Source of the DNA: Heteronotia binoei
Taxonomy: Eukaryota
Reading direction: 5' to 3'
NCBI RefSeq assembly: GCF_032191835.1
Contig: NC_083239.1
Coordinates: 56,544,001-56,608,000 of the forward strand
Length of the DNA: 64,000 nt
The notes beneath the pieces are model-generated. The model was not told the DNA's origin. It saw only the letters and a list, made by a program, of their open reading frames with translations, and ran no database searches. This document shows positions 1-19,300 of this stretch, one piece after another. The position numbers and the translations under genes are program-made. Numbering within the stretch: the first letter of the stretch is position 1; each line of letters begins with the position of its first letter.

Positions 1-347
1 ATGGGTAGTGCCCACAAGTTGCAGCCGCCCGTTGGGTTTTCAAGGCCAGAGCCATGGAGGCGGTTGGCCTCTGCGGAGGGAGGGGCCCTTGACTTGCTGG
101 GTGGTCTCGTGTCCAGCTCCTAGTGGGGGCCCACCCAGCTGAGCTGCTGAGATCCCGCAAGATCAGGCCAGCCTGGGCCATCCAGGACAGGGCAGCCCCT
201 CATGGGGGGTGGGGGCAAAGGGCCACCAAGTCGCAGCCGGTTTTGGCACCCCCTCTTGGGTTTTTCAAGGCAACAGCCAGACAGAGGAGGTTTGCTGCGG
301 CTGCCTGGCGCACATAGACTTCCCGGATGGTCTCATATTCTATACAG

Positions 348-485
348 CAGGGGTGGCCAAGGGTAGCTCTCCAGATGTTTTTTCTGCCTACAACTCCCAT
401 CAGCCCCAGCCAGAATGGCCAATGGCTGGGGCTGATGGGAGTTGTAGGCAAAAAACATCTGGAGAGCTACCCTTGGCCACCCCTG
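348..485. mobile_element. hAT-type palindromic MITE with 8-bp TSD
   Basis: Begins CAGGGGTGGCCAAGGGTAGCTCTCCAGATG and ends with its reverse complement, so the element is a near-perfect hairpin. Identical CTATACAG at 340-347 and 486-493. Confidence 0.85.
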
Positions 486-489
486 CTAT

Positions 490-1178
490 ACAGAAGTCTA
501 GTGTCCAGATCACGTGATGTGATGGTATCGCTTTACTCTGCTCTGGTAAGACCCCCCCTGGAGTCTTGTGTTGAGTTTTGGGCACCACATTTTAAGAAGG
601 ATGTAGACAAGCTGGAACGGGTCCAAGGAGGGCGACGAAGATGGTGAGGGGTCTGGAGACCAAGTCCTATGAAGAAAGATTGAAGGAGCTGGGGATGTTT
701 AGCCAGGAGAGGAGGCGGCTGAGAGGTGATAGGATCACCATCTTCATTCAAGTCCTTGAAGGGCTGTCATATAGAGGATGGTGTGAAATTGTTTTCTGTG
801 GCCCCAGAAGGTAGGACCAGAACCAGTGGGTTGAAATTAAATCAAAAGAGTTTCCAGCTCAACATTAGGAAGAACTTCCTGACCGTTAGAGTGGTTCCTC
901 AGTGGAACAGGCTTCCTCCTTGGGAGGTAGTGGGCTCTCCTTCCTTTGAGGTTTTTCAACAGAAGCTAAAGGGCCACCTGACAGCAATGAGGATCCTGTG
1001 AATTTAGGGGGAGGTGTTTGTGAGTTTCCTGCATTGGGCAGGGGGTTGGACTAGATGACCCTGGAGGTCCCTTCCAACTCTAGGATTCTAGGGTTCTTCA
1101 GGAGGTGGTGGGCTCTCCTTCCTTGGAGGTTTTTCAACAGGGGCTAGATGGCCCTCTGACAGCAATGAAGATCCTGGG
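490..1178 (+). mobile_element. 5'-truncated CR1 LINE (ORF2 C-terminus and 3' end) with an extra appended 3' module
   Basis: Translates to [32 protein letters not shown] and LNIRKNFLTVRVVPQWNRLP (CR1 ORF2 C-terminus). Terminus GGACTAGATGACCCTGGAGGTCCCTTCCAACTCTAGGATTCTAGG, then restarts at TTCAGGAGGTGGTGGG (about 1090). Confidence 0.85.
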
Positions 1179-2099
1179 AATTAGGCAGATCATGAGAAGA
1201 CAAGGCAAAAGCAGCATGATACATTTGATAAATATTGCAATAGGCATCCCACAGAAGTGGAACGGAACCTGATGTGGGGGGAACGAGAGGGGATATTTTT
1301 ACAGGCCGGATTCTACCAGACACAAGCTGCTCAGGCAGGCTTCATAGATTGTTTTCTCCCTATGAGCCCAGGAAGCTGCCTCAGGGTGAACTGGACTTTT
1401 GGCCCATCCAGGGCAGTCTTGTCTACACAGGCTGGCAGCTGCTCTCCAGGGTCTTCCCACCCCCTCCTGCCTGCTCCTTTGAAGCTGGAGCTGCTGCTGC
1501 TGGGGACTGAACCAGGGACCTCCTGCTTGCCACTGACCCCCACGGCCCCTCCTGTGGGTGACTTATTTACAGGACTCATTTGCATATTAGGCCATGCTTC
1601 CTGACATCTGTCCCTGCTCAAAAAAAGCCCTGCTTATTTAAAGTTAGGACACATGATTAAATGGATGGAGGTTTTCCTTCAGTGTGGCTCTGAAAGGGTG
1701 GGTGGTGGGAGGGGGTGGAGCCAGCCCTAGGGTGGGTGGTGCCCCAGGCAGAGTCACCTGCCCACCCCTCCTCCCAGCGCCCTAGACAAATGCCTCATTT
1801 GCCTAGTGGGGAGCCAGCCCTGGGCAGAACTAAGGTCGTGCTCTCTCTCCAAAGAAGGCTGGGGGGGGGGGGGAGGCTTCTGAACTCTCAGCAAAGGGTA
1901 CCAGCTCTCTGCTGTGCCCCCCCTCAGGTTCCCCTCCCAAATAGGGGGGGGGGGAAGCACAAGAAACCAGGGGCTCCGGTTTGGCCCCCTCTGCAGACAA
2001 AGCCACCTGGGTGTCTGCCCTGAGCACGTGTGCCTTCCTGTCTGTGGATGACTGACCCCCACTTCGCAGCAGTGCGCAAGGAGGGGGTGTGAAGAGGCT

Positions 2100-9312
<7,213 letters not shown>

Positions 9313-10924
9313 CCCCTCCTCCCACCCACCCCCAAAGTGGGACAGTCCCAGGAACCATGCACCGGGGGGGGGGGTGCATTGACTGACTCCCGCATTCCCA
9401 CGGCCCTCAAGGCTCAGTTGTGAAGTTTGTTTCCAGGCAGTGAGACTGCTGGGTCAGCAGGGGGCGCCAGCCTCCCCTGGTCTCTGTGTGGGGGTGCTGA
9501 GGGGGGTGGGGGGAGGGTGTTTCCTTTGTGGTCGTCCTGTGATCTCCAAGCGTCTGTGGTTCGCTTGTTTTTTTAAACTCTCCTTCTCTCTTGAGAACGT
9601 GCTTGTCTGTGTGTCTCTTTCCCTGCACCATCCGTTGCCCGGTCTCTTGCCATGAGGGGTGTACAGCTGGGGGCATTGCTTGGATATCTTCCAGTATCCC
9701 TTTGGAAGGAGGGGGAGAAGGCCCTTCAGCTTGAAGGGAGAAGACTGCCTTCCCCCTTTCCCAGTGGCACAGCACCTAACTCCCTAAAGGGATTAGCTGA
9801 CACACACACACCCCCTCCATTTCACCTCTCGGTAATATCTGGGTTGAGTTGTGCTTTTGTCCTGACTGAGGGGAGAACTGGGGGGGGGTTAGAGGGGGGG
9901 CGGAGCTGCATTGAGCCCGCTTTGCACTTAGCCCGCTAGCACCGCCCCATCTTCATGACCCCAGCCTGAATAAGGGAGGAAGGGTTTCGGAAGATGGGCC
10001 CTTCTCTTTTGGACGCAGATTTCAGCAGATTTCTCTCCTTTTCAGTTTAGCTGGGAAAGGAGAAGGCAAAAGATGGATGTCTAGCCTATTAAGTCTGCAT
10101 CCAGTCAGCTTTTCCGTACAGTTTGCATTACAGCTTTGCATGCCGTTACCTTCTCTGTGTTTCCCACGCAAAGAGCGGCCAGCAGCCACCAGCACCCTTG
10201 GAGTCTCCCTGCAGGGCAAAGAGGCATTCCAGGGGCCGGTACTCTCTGGGGAAGGGATGAAGCATCCACCCTCCTCTCCTCTCCGAGTGGCTGGAGCACA
10301 TCCTGGTCACCAGAAGCAGCACCCGTGGCAAGTTCTCTTGGCCAGCGCAGACATGAGTTCCTCCAGGCTCCCATTGCCTCTGGGGTGCCCGGCCTGCCAT
10401 TCCAACATCTCTCTCACTCTGGCACAAGCGGAAGCCTCCGAATTATCTGCCTGGCCTGCCCCGGGCTTGACTACCGGCAGCTCCCGGGAACCTGTTTCCA
10501 GCTACAGGTCCCCTGCAAGGCAGGCCTTCCACAGATACAACCAGGAAGCCCCCCTGCCTCCACCTGGCAGGCCCTACCGATCCCCACCCCCCGCCCAGAT
10601 CTGGCCCCTGTGCAGCCCACCTGGGTTAGCTCTGGGTCTTGCCGCAGACTGCTGGCCCAAGAGGAAGCCCCTGGAGTTCGTCTCCCCTCTGCTGCCTCCC
10701 CAGGCGCTCTGTGCAGGTGGGGGGAGCACAGAGAAGGGGCCCCTGGGGCAGCAGGCAGGAGAGTGACCACCATGAGGGCCAGGCACTCCTCACCCAGGGG
10801 AGTCTTGGCTGGCCTTGGGCTGCAGCCTGCCTCACGGGACAGTTGTGGAAAAGAAAGGGAGGAAGAGAGAACAGCCACTGCTGATCTCCAGGGGAGGAAG
10901 GGGCTGGATGGGACCACACAAACA

Positions 10925-11940
10925 AACTCTCTTCAAGGGCTGCCAGCTAGAGAATGGTGCGGAGTTGTTTTCTGTGGCTGCAGGAAGCAGGACCGGAGCC
11001 AACACAGGTTGACGTTAAACCAAAAGAGTTTCCAGCTCAACATTAGGAAGAACTCCCTGACCGTGAGAGCCGCTCCTCAGTGGAAGAGGCTTCCTCCTCG
11101 GGAGGGGGGGGGAAGGGCTCTCCTTTCTCGGCGGTTTTGCAGCAGAGGCTGGATGGCCACCTGACAGCAACGCGGATCCTGCGAATGAGGCAGCTCATGG
11201 GAAGGCGGGCAGGAAGGGCTGTGTTCTCGTGACTCTTCCGCACACGCTTAAGGAAAGGCTGGCTGACACTTTGGGGTCAGGTAGCCACTTTTGGCCGGGG
11301 ACCCCGGAGGGTTTGGCCACCTTCTGGGCCTGGAGCCTGCAGGGATGTGTGGGCGTGCGGGGGGGGGATGTTTATGAATGTCCTGCCTTGTGCAGGGGGT
11401 TGGACTAGAGGACCCTGGAGGTCCCTTCCCACTCTAGGATTCTAGGATTCTTCAGGAGGTGGTGGGCTCTCCTTCCTTGGAGGTTTTTCAACAGAGGCTG
11501 GATGGCCATCTGACAGCAATGAAGATCCTGTGAATTTAGGGGGAGGCGTTGGTGAATTTCCTGCATTGTGCAGGGGTTGGACTAGATGACCCTGGAGGTC
11601 CCTTCCAATTCTAGGATTCTTCAGGAGGTGGTGGGCTCTCCTTCCTTGGAGGTTTTTAAGCAGAGGCTGGATGGCCATCTGACAGCAATGAGGATCCTGT
11701 GAATTTAGGGGGAGGGGTTTGTGAGGTTCCTGCATTGTGAAGGGGTTGGACTAGATGACCCTGGAGGTCCCTTCCAACTCTGTGATTCTACGAAATTGGG
11801 CTCTCCTTCCTTGGAGGTTTTTAAACAGAGGCTGGATGGCCATCTGACAGCAATGAGGATCCTGCGAATTTAGGGGGAGGGGTTTGTGAATGTCCTGCCT
11901 TGTGCAAGGGGTTGGACTAGATGACCCTGGAGGTCCCTTC
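10925..11940 (+). mobile_element. CR1 3' fragment (long 3' UTR form) followed by about 3 tandem copies of a 170-175-bp CR1 3'-end module
   Basis: LTLNQKSFQLNIRKNSLTVRAAPQWKRLP, terminus at about 11450, then modules starting at about 11451, 11620 and 11797, each ending in GACCCTGGAGGTCCCTTC. Confidence 0.85.
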
Positions 11941-12230
11941 CGGCTGCAGGAGTCTAGCTGCAAGCCCGGCACGCCTGGGGAGACCGGGGAAGCCTTGAAG
12001 GAGCCTCCAGTTCCTTCCCAGCACACCCTGGGCTGCTCCCTTCCGGTGCCCCCCCCCAGAAGGTCCTGAGCTCCGAATCCCCCTGCCTCGACCCCGCACC
12101 CCACACACGCGCACCAAAAAAGGCAGGGCTGTCGGGAGAGTGCCATGGGGCAGCAGCGGAACAGATGCGCGACCTGGAGAGCGTTGGGCCCCAGTGAGGG
12201 CAGAGCTGGGGGGGGGGGGGCGAGACGGCG

Positions 12231-13720
<1,490 letters not shown>

Positions 13721-13761
13721 CGAGCCCGCCCGCCTGCCCCAGACGGCCTCCGCTCGCCCGC

Positions 13762-13782
13762 TTCAGCACCGAGGACAGCGCT
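13762..13782 (+). promoter_or_regulatory. REST/NRSF RE1 element upstream of TTC9B
   Basis: TTCAGCACCGAGGACAGCGCT vs consensus TTCAGCACCnnGGACAGCGCC; 42 bp from the ATG. Confidence 0.85.
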
Positions 13783-13817
13783 CCAGTGCATTGTGGGAAA
13801 TTCTCTCCGCATCAGCA

Positions 13818-13824
<7 letters not shown>

Positions 13825-13848
<24 letters not shown>
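13825..13848. repeat. (CAG)8 microsatellite in the TTC9B promoter/5' region
   Basis: 24 nt of pure CAG. Confidence 0.9.
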
Positions 13849-13849
<1 letters not shown>

Positions 13850-14944
13850 CCGCCCATCTCGCGGGAGCCCAGGAAGGCAGAGGGCCGGGCCTGAGACGCC
13901 CAGGGGCCACGGGGGACTTTCGGCAAACCCTCCGAAGGAGGCGCCGGCCGCCCCCAGCCCAGTTCAGAGCGCAGCCTTTTCTCCCGCTGAGGCAGAGCTA
14001 AGACCCCCCAGGGCGGAGCCTCCTGGCCCCTTCCCCAAAGCCCGGAAGACCCCGCAGGGTGAGGGAAGCCCTGCAGCCCGCTCCTTTGCGCTCCCAGGAG
14101 AGGAAGCCTGCGGCCGAGACGGGCGGGGCGGGGTGGAGTCGGCTTCTTCCTTTCTAGGATTTCCTCCTGGGCTTTGGAGTCTGGGGGAAGGCAGCGCACT
14201 TCCTGCCACTGATGGGGGGGGGGCGCAGAGACCATGGCTGCCCCCCTTTCCCAGGCAGGCACGGGGACCTTCTCTGTCTCTGGCCTCTGCCCCCAGCCCC
14301 TCATTCCCCAGGGGTCTCAAGAGACAGCAGGCCCCAGCCTAGGGAGTGCCGGGGGAAGGGGGGAAGTGTCACATGACTCCCCATGGCTCAGTGAGGGCAC
14401 CTTGCATGGGGCACAGAGGGCTCCGGTTCAATCCCCGCCAGCAGCTCCAGTTCCAAGTCCAGGCAGGAGGGGGTGCGAAAGACCACTGCCCTTAATGGCC
14501 CAAGAAGGGTCTGATGTAGGACAAGGCCTGCTGGACTGGCTTAGTTGCCACAGGGCATCTCAGGCCGAATGGTTTCGCTTGGCCTTTGGAGTGTAATGCA
14601 CATTTGGGTGGGTTTTGTTAGTGGTATGGTTAACATTTTAATGTTAATATGCTGCATTTGTTACCTGTTTTTATTTATACGGTTTTAATGTAAGTCACTG
14701 TGGGTAAGCAGCAATTCAGAACCAATCACTGTGTTTTCCTCTTTCAGCTCCAGAGCTCAGGCTGATCTTTTGGAGACCCTGGAGAGGTGGGAGAGAGTCT
14801 GCAGGGGGGAGGGGGGGCTTGGGCCCCTCTGATGCTCTCACTGCTGCACCCCCCCCCCCAAACACCAGCCATTCTCTTAAGCACTGCTGTAGACAGGAAA
14901 GAAAGGCCTCAACTCCCAGCCACCCTGCCCTGGGCTCCCCACTT

Positions 14945-15083
14945 NNNNNNNNNNNNNNNNNNNNNNNNNNNNNNNNNNNNNNNNNNNNNNNNNNNNNNNN
15001 NNNNNNNNNNNNNNNNNNNNNNNNNNNNNNNNNNNNNNNNNNNNNNNNNNNNNNNNNNNNNNNNNNNNNNNNNNNNNNNNNNN
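14945..15083. other. Assembly gap (139 N)
   Basis: Run of N. Confidence 1.
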
Positions 15084-15560
15084 TCCTCCCCACCAAAGCA
15101 GGCTCAGGGTGGCTCACAACAGTAAAAACATGTACAAATATTAAATATTAACTAATGAAAATCTTAAACAATATAACAATTAAAACATTTTAAAAACCAA
15201 CCTGGTGCTAATAATACATTCCAGTAGTTTCAGTTTCAGTCTTCTTGAGTATCCTCATATGTGGCTGTCGATTAAAAGCGAGTGAAAATAAAGCTGTCTT
15301 GCAAGCCTTGCAGAACTGAACAAGGTCCCTCCTGCTTCTTCCGGCAGTTGGTTCCAGCAACAGGTCGCTATAGAGAAGGCTCTTTCTCGAGTGATCTTCA
15401 GTCTTGCCTCTCTCGGCCCAGGGATCGGTAACAAGTTCCGTGTCCCTGATCTGCGTACCCTCTGGGGAACATATGGGAAGAGACGGTCCCCATGGTAGGC
15501 AGGTCCTCGGCCATATAGGGCTTTCAAGGTAGTAACCACCACCTTGTAGTGAATCCGTGC
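15084..15560 (-). mobile_element. L2-clade LINE 3' fragment
   Basis: RIHYKVVVTTLKALYGRGPAY..DRLFPYVPQR..RSG..NLL..PGPREARL..TRERAFS...WNQLP resembles the L2 ORF2 C-terminus. Confidence 0.7.
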
Positions 15561-16204
15561 ATTGGGGGAGGGAGGGGTGTGCCTTGAAAGGGTCCAGGCA
15601 GGGGAGGGGAGCATGCGGAGCTAGACAGCCCTTTGGGGGGTGGGCAGAAGCCCAGATCTGCCCCAGATAGCCCACTCTTGCCAGATCTAAACTGGGCCAG
15701 CCCAGGTTAGGAGACCCCCAAGGAAGTGCAGGGCCGCAATGCAGGGGCAGACAGCAGCAGCATCTCTTGCTCTGAAGACCTGACAGGGCTGCCAGAAGGC
15801 ACCTGTGGCTTGAGGGCACACCTTCCTCTCCCACCTGAGGGCCAGATCCACCTGACGGGCCACAGCAATGGCGGCTATGCCTGTTGCCACTGGCAACGCA
15901 ATCCCAGGAAGCCCTTCGAGCAGAGGCGTCAAACTCATTTCTTATGTTGGGCCAGGTCAGGTGTGCTGTGAAATGTAACATGAGATACCCAAGATATGAA
16001 TGTTATAAGGATGATTTCAGATGCCTCAGGGAAATAGCAGGCTTGATTGGGTTAAGTGTGATATGCAGAAGGACAGCAGGCCTGGAGATATCAGCACGGG
16101 AAACCGAGGTCTCAATTCCATCCAGGAGAATTCAGTCCAGGAGGACCCAAGAATAAATGGAAATAAGTCTAAAGAACTGAGCACTGACTCACAAAAGCTC
16201 ATAA

Positions 16205-16396
16205 AAAGGTAAAAGTAATCCCCTGCACAAGCAACAGTCATTTCTGGCTCTGGGGTGACGTTGCATCATGACGTTTTCACTTTTTACGGGGTGGTTTGCC
16301 CTTGCCTTCCCCAGTCATCTACATTCCCCCCCCCCCCAGCAAGCTGGGGACTCATTTTACTGACCTCGGAAGGATGGAAGGCTGAGTCAACCTTGA
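16205..16396 (-). mobile_element. Sauria SINE, 3' half (interrupted by the L1-clade insertion)
   Basis: AAAAGGTAAAAG (reverse of the ACCTTT tail), TTTTTACGGGGTGGTTTGCCCTTGCCTTCCCCAG, GGAAGGCTGAGTCAACCTTGA; continues at 22107. Confidence 0.85.
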
Positions 16397-19300
16397 TGAA
16401 ACAATTTTTATTGTTAACATAGAGTAATAAATCTATTTCTTACATCTTTAATAACTTCATTTATCTATCCCATATATTACTTTCTACCCACCCCTCCACC
16501 CCATTACTTGACCCCCGCCGGTGTTATTTACTTAAGATGCTAATATTTAAAGGTACCCTTAACTATTAAAATAAAAATTTATATTTTTCTTCTTTCTAAA
16601 ACTTAACCATTATCAAAAATTGTCCAATGTCCTTTTATTTTCCACTCTTTTTCTACATATCTTCTAAACTTTTTCCACTCTGTCTTAAAAACTTCTAAAT
16701 CATAGTCTCTTGATATTCTTATTAATTTGTCCATTTCACTCCATGTCATAACTTTTATAATCCAATCCCATTTCTCTGGTATTTTTTCTTGCGTCCACAA
16801 CTGCACATATAATGTCCTAGCAGCTGAAAACAAGTACCAAATTACAGTTCTATCTTCTTTTGGAAATTTTTCCATTTGTAATCCCAACAGAAAAGTCTCT
16901 GCAAGTTTCTTAAATTCATATCCCAAGATCTTAGAAATTTCTTGCTGAATCATCTGCCAATACTTTTTTGCTCTTTCACAAGTCCACCACATATGGTAGA
17001 AAGAACCTTCATGTTTTTTACATTTCCAACATCTGTCTGGCATCTTATTGTTCATCTTTGCCAATTTTTTAGGAGTCATATACCATCTATACATCATTTT
17101 AAAACAGTTCTCTTTAATACTATGACACGTTGAAAGCTTAATAGAATTCTTCCACAAGTATTCCCAAGTTTCCATCTGTATTTCTTTATTTACATTAATT
17201 GCCCATTTGATCATTTGAGATTACTACTTCATCCTCCGTAGACCATTTTAAAAGTAATTTATATATTTTTGAAATTAATTTTTCATTTTCTCCAAGCAGA
17301 ACTTTTTCCATTTCTGTTTGCTCTTTTCTTATTCCTTCAGTTTTAATATCATTTTCCATCAAGCTCTTTATTTGTTGCATTTGGAACCAATCATATTTAT
17401 TATTCAGCTCTTCAGCAGTTTTCAATTCTATTTTGCCACTTTGTATTTTTAATAATTGATTATATGACAACCACTTTTCTTCACCTACCTCAGCCGTTAT
17501 TTTTATTACTTCAGCTGGCACTATCCATAAATCTCCATATTTCTTATATTTCATCCATGTATTTAGCAAATTATTTCTTATATAATGGTGAGAGAAAAAA
17601 CCGTCCATCTTCTTTTTTCCATAATACAAATACGCGTGCCAGCCAAATTTATTTCCGTGACCTTCCAGCACTAAGAGTTTTTTGTTTAACAGCGTTATCC
17701 ATTCTTTTATCCACACTAAATAAACTGCTTCCTGATATAATTTTAAATTCAGTAGTTGAAATCCACCTCTCTCTTTTGCATCTGTCAAAATTTTCATTTT
17801 GATCCTTGGGTTCTTCCCAGCCCACACAAATTCTGAAATTTTTCTTCGCCATTTATCAAATTGTTTACTATCTTTCACAATGGGAATAGTTTGAAACAAA
17901 TACATTATTCTTGGTAAACTATTCATTTTAATTGCAGCTATTCTACCCAGCAATGACAAATTATTCCATTTTAACATATCTTCATTCATTTTACGCCATA
18001 GCTTCTCATAATTATTTTTAAAGAGATCAATATTCTTCATTGTTATCTCCACACCCAAATACTTTACCTTGGAGGTTACTTCACAGCCCGTTAGTCTCTG
18101 CAATTCTTGTTGCTTATTTATTTGCATATTTTTACATAGAAGTTTTGATTTTTCTTTATTAATACGAAGTCCCACCAACTCCCCATATTCTTGTATTTTA
18201 GCTAACAACAAAAGTGTGACTTGTATGGGGTTTTCATTTATAAACATTATATCATCTGCAAATGCTCTGTACTTGTAAGTAAATCCTTTTATTTTTAATC
18301 CTTCTATTTCTTTGACTTCTTGGATCTGCATCAGCAATATTTCAAGAGTCATTATAAACAACAATGGGGAAAGCGGAAAACCTTGTCTTGTACCTTTGCT
18401 AATTATCATATCTTCTGTAAGGTCTGCATTTATGCATAGCCTTGCATGTTGTTCAGTGTATATTGCTTTTATCATTCTTATAAAGCTTTCTCCCAGCTCC
18501 ATTTTCTCCATTACTGCAAACATAAAGTCCCAGTTTAAAATGTCAAATGCTTTCTCTGCATCCGCAAAGAATAATGCTACTTCCTTTTCTGGATGTCTTT
18601 CATAATATTCTACAATATTTACAACAGTTCTAATATTGTCTCTTATTTGCCTTTTGGGAAGAAACCCCGCTTGATCTTCCTTTATAAAATTTATCAAGTG
18701 TTGTTTAAGCTGTTCTGCTAAGATTCTTGTATATATTTTATAGTCATTGTTTAATAGCTAAATTGGTCTGTAATTTTTAACATTCGTGACATCTCTATCT
18801 TCCTTTGGTATCAACGAAATAACAGCTTCCTTCCATGTGTTTGGTATTTTCCCTTTCATTCTTATCATGTTCATCAACTTCTGCAATTTCAGTATTAACT
18901 CATCTTTAAAAGATTTAAAATATTTAGCTGTATATCCATCTGGCCCAGGTGCCTTTCAATTTTTCATTGCATTAATTGCTGCTTCAATTTCTATTTTTTC
19001 AATTGGATCATTCAAAACTTTTTAACATATTTTTTGTTAAGGGTTCTATTTTTATCTTTTGTAGATACTCATCCATCTTTTCGTTATTTATTTTAATACC
19101 TTTAAGCAACTTAGCATAATACTTTAAAAAATTATCTTTTTATTCCCTCTTGGCTAACCACCTCTTTTCCATCTACCACAATTTTATTAATAATTTTATT
19201 TTCTCTCTTTTTCTTCAGTTGCCAAGCCAAATACTTTCCTGGTTTATTTGCTCCTTCAAAAGATTTCTGCTGAAGTCTTTTCAAATTCCAATTCTTTATT

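Noticed and set aside
1680-1822. Possible hAT MITE upstream of MAP3K10 (similar case at about 8330-8790)
   Set aside because: Only one good TIR and no matching 8-bp TSD, so boundaries cannot be supported.
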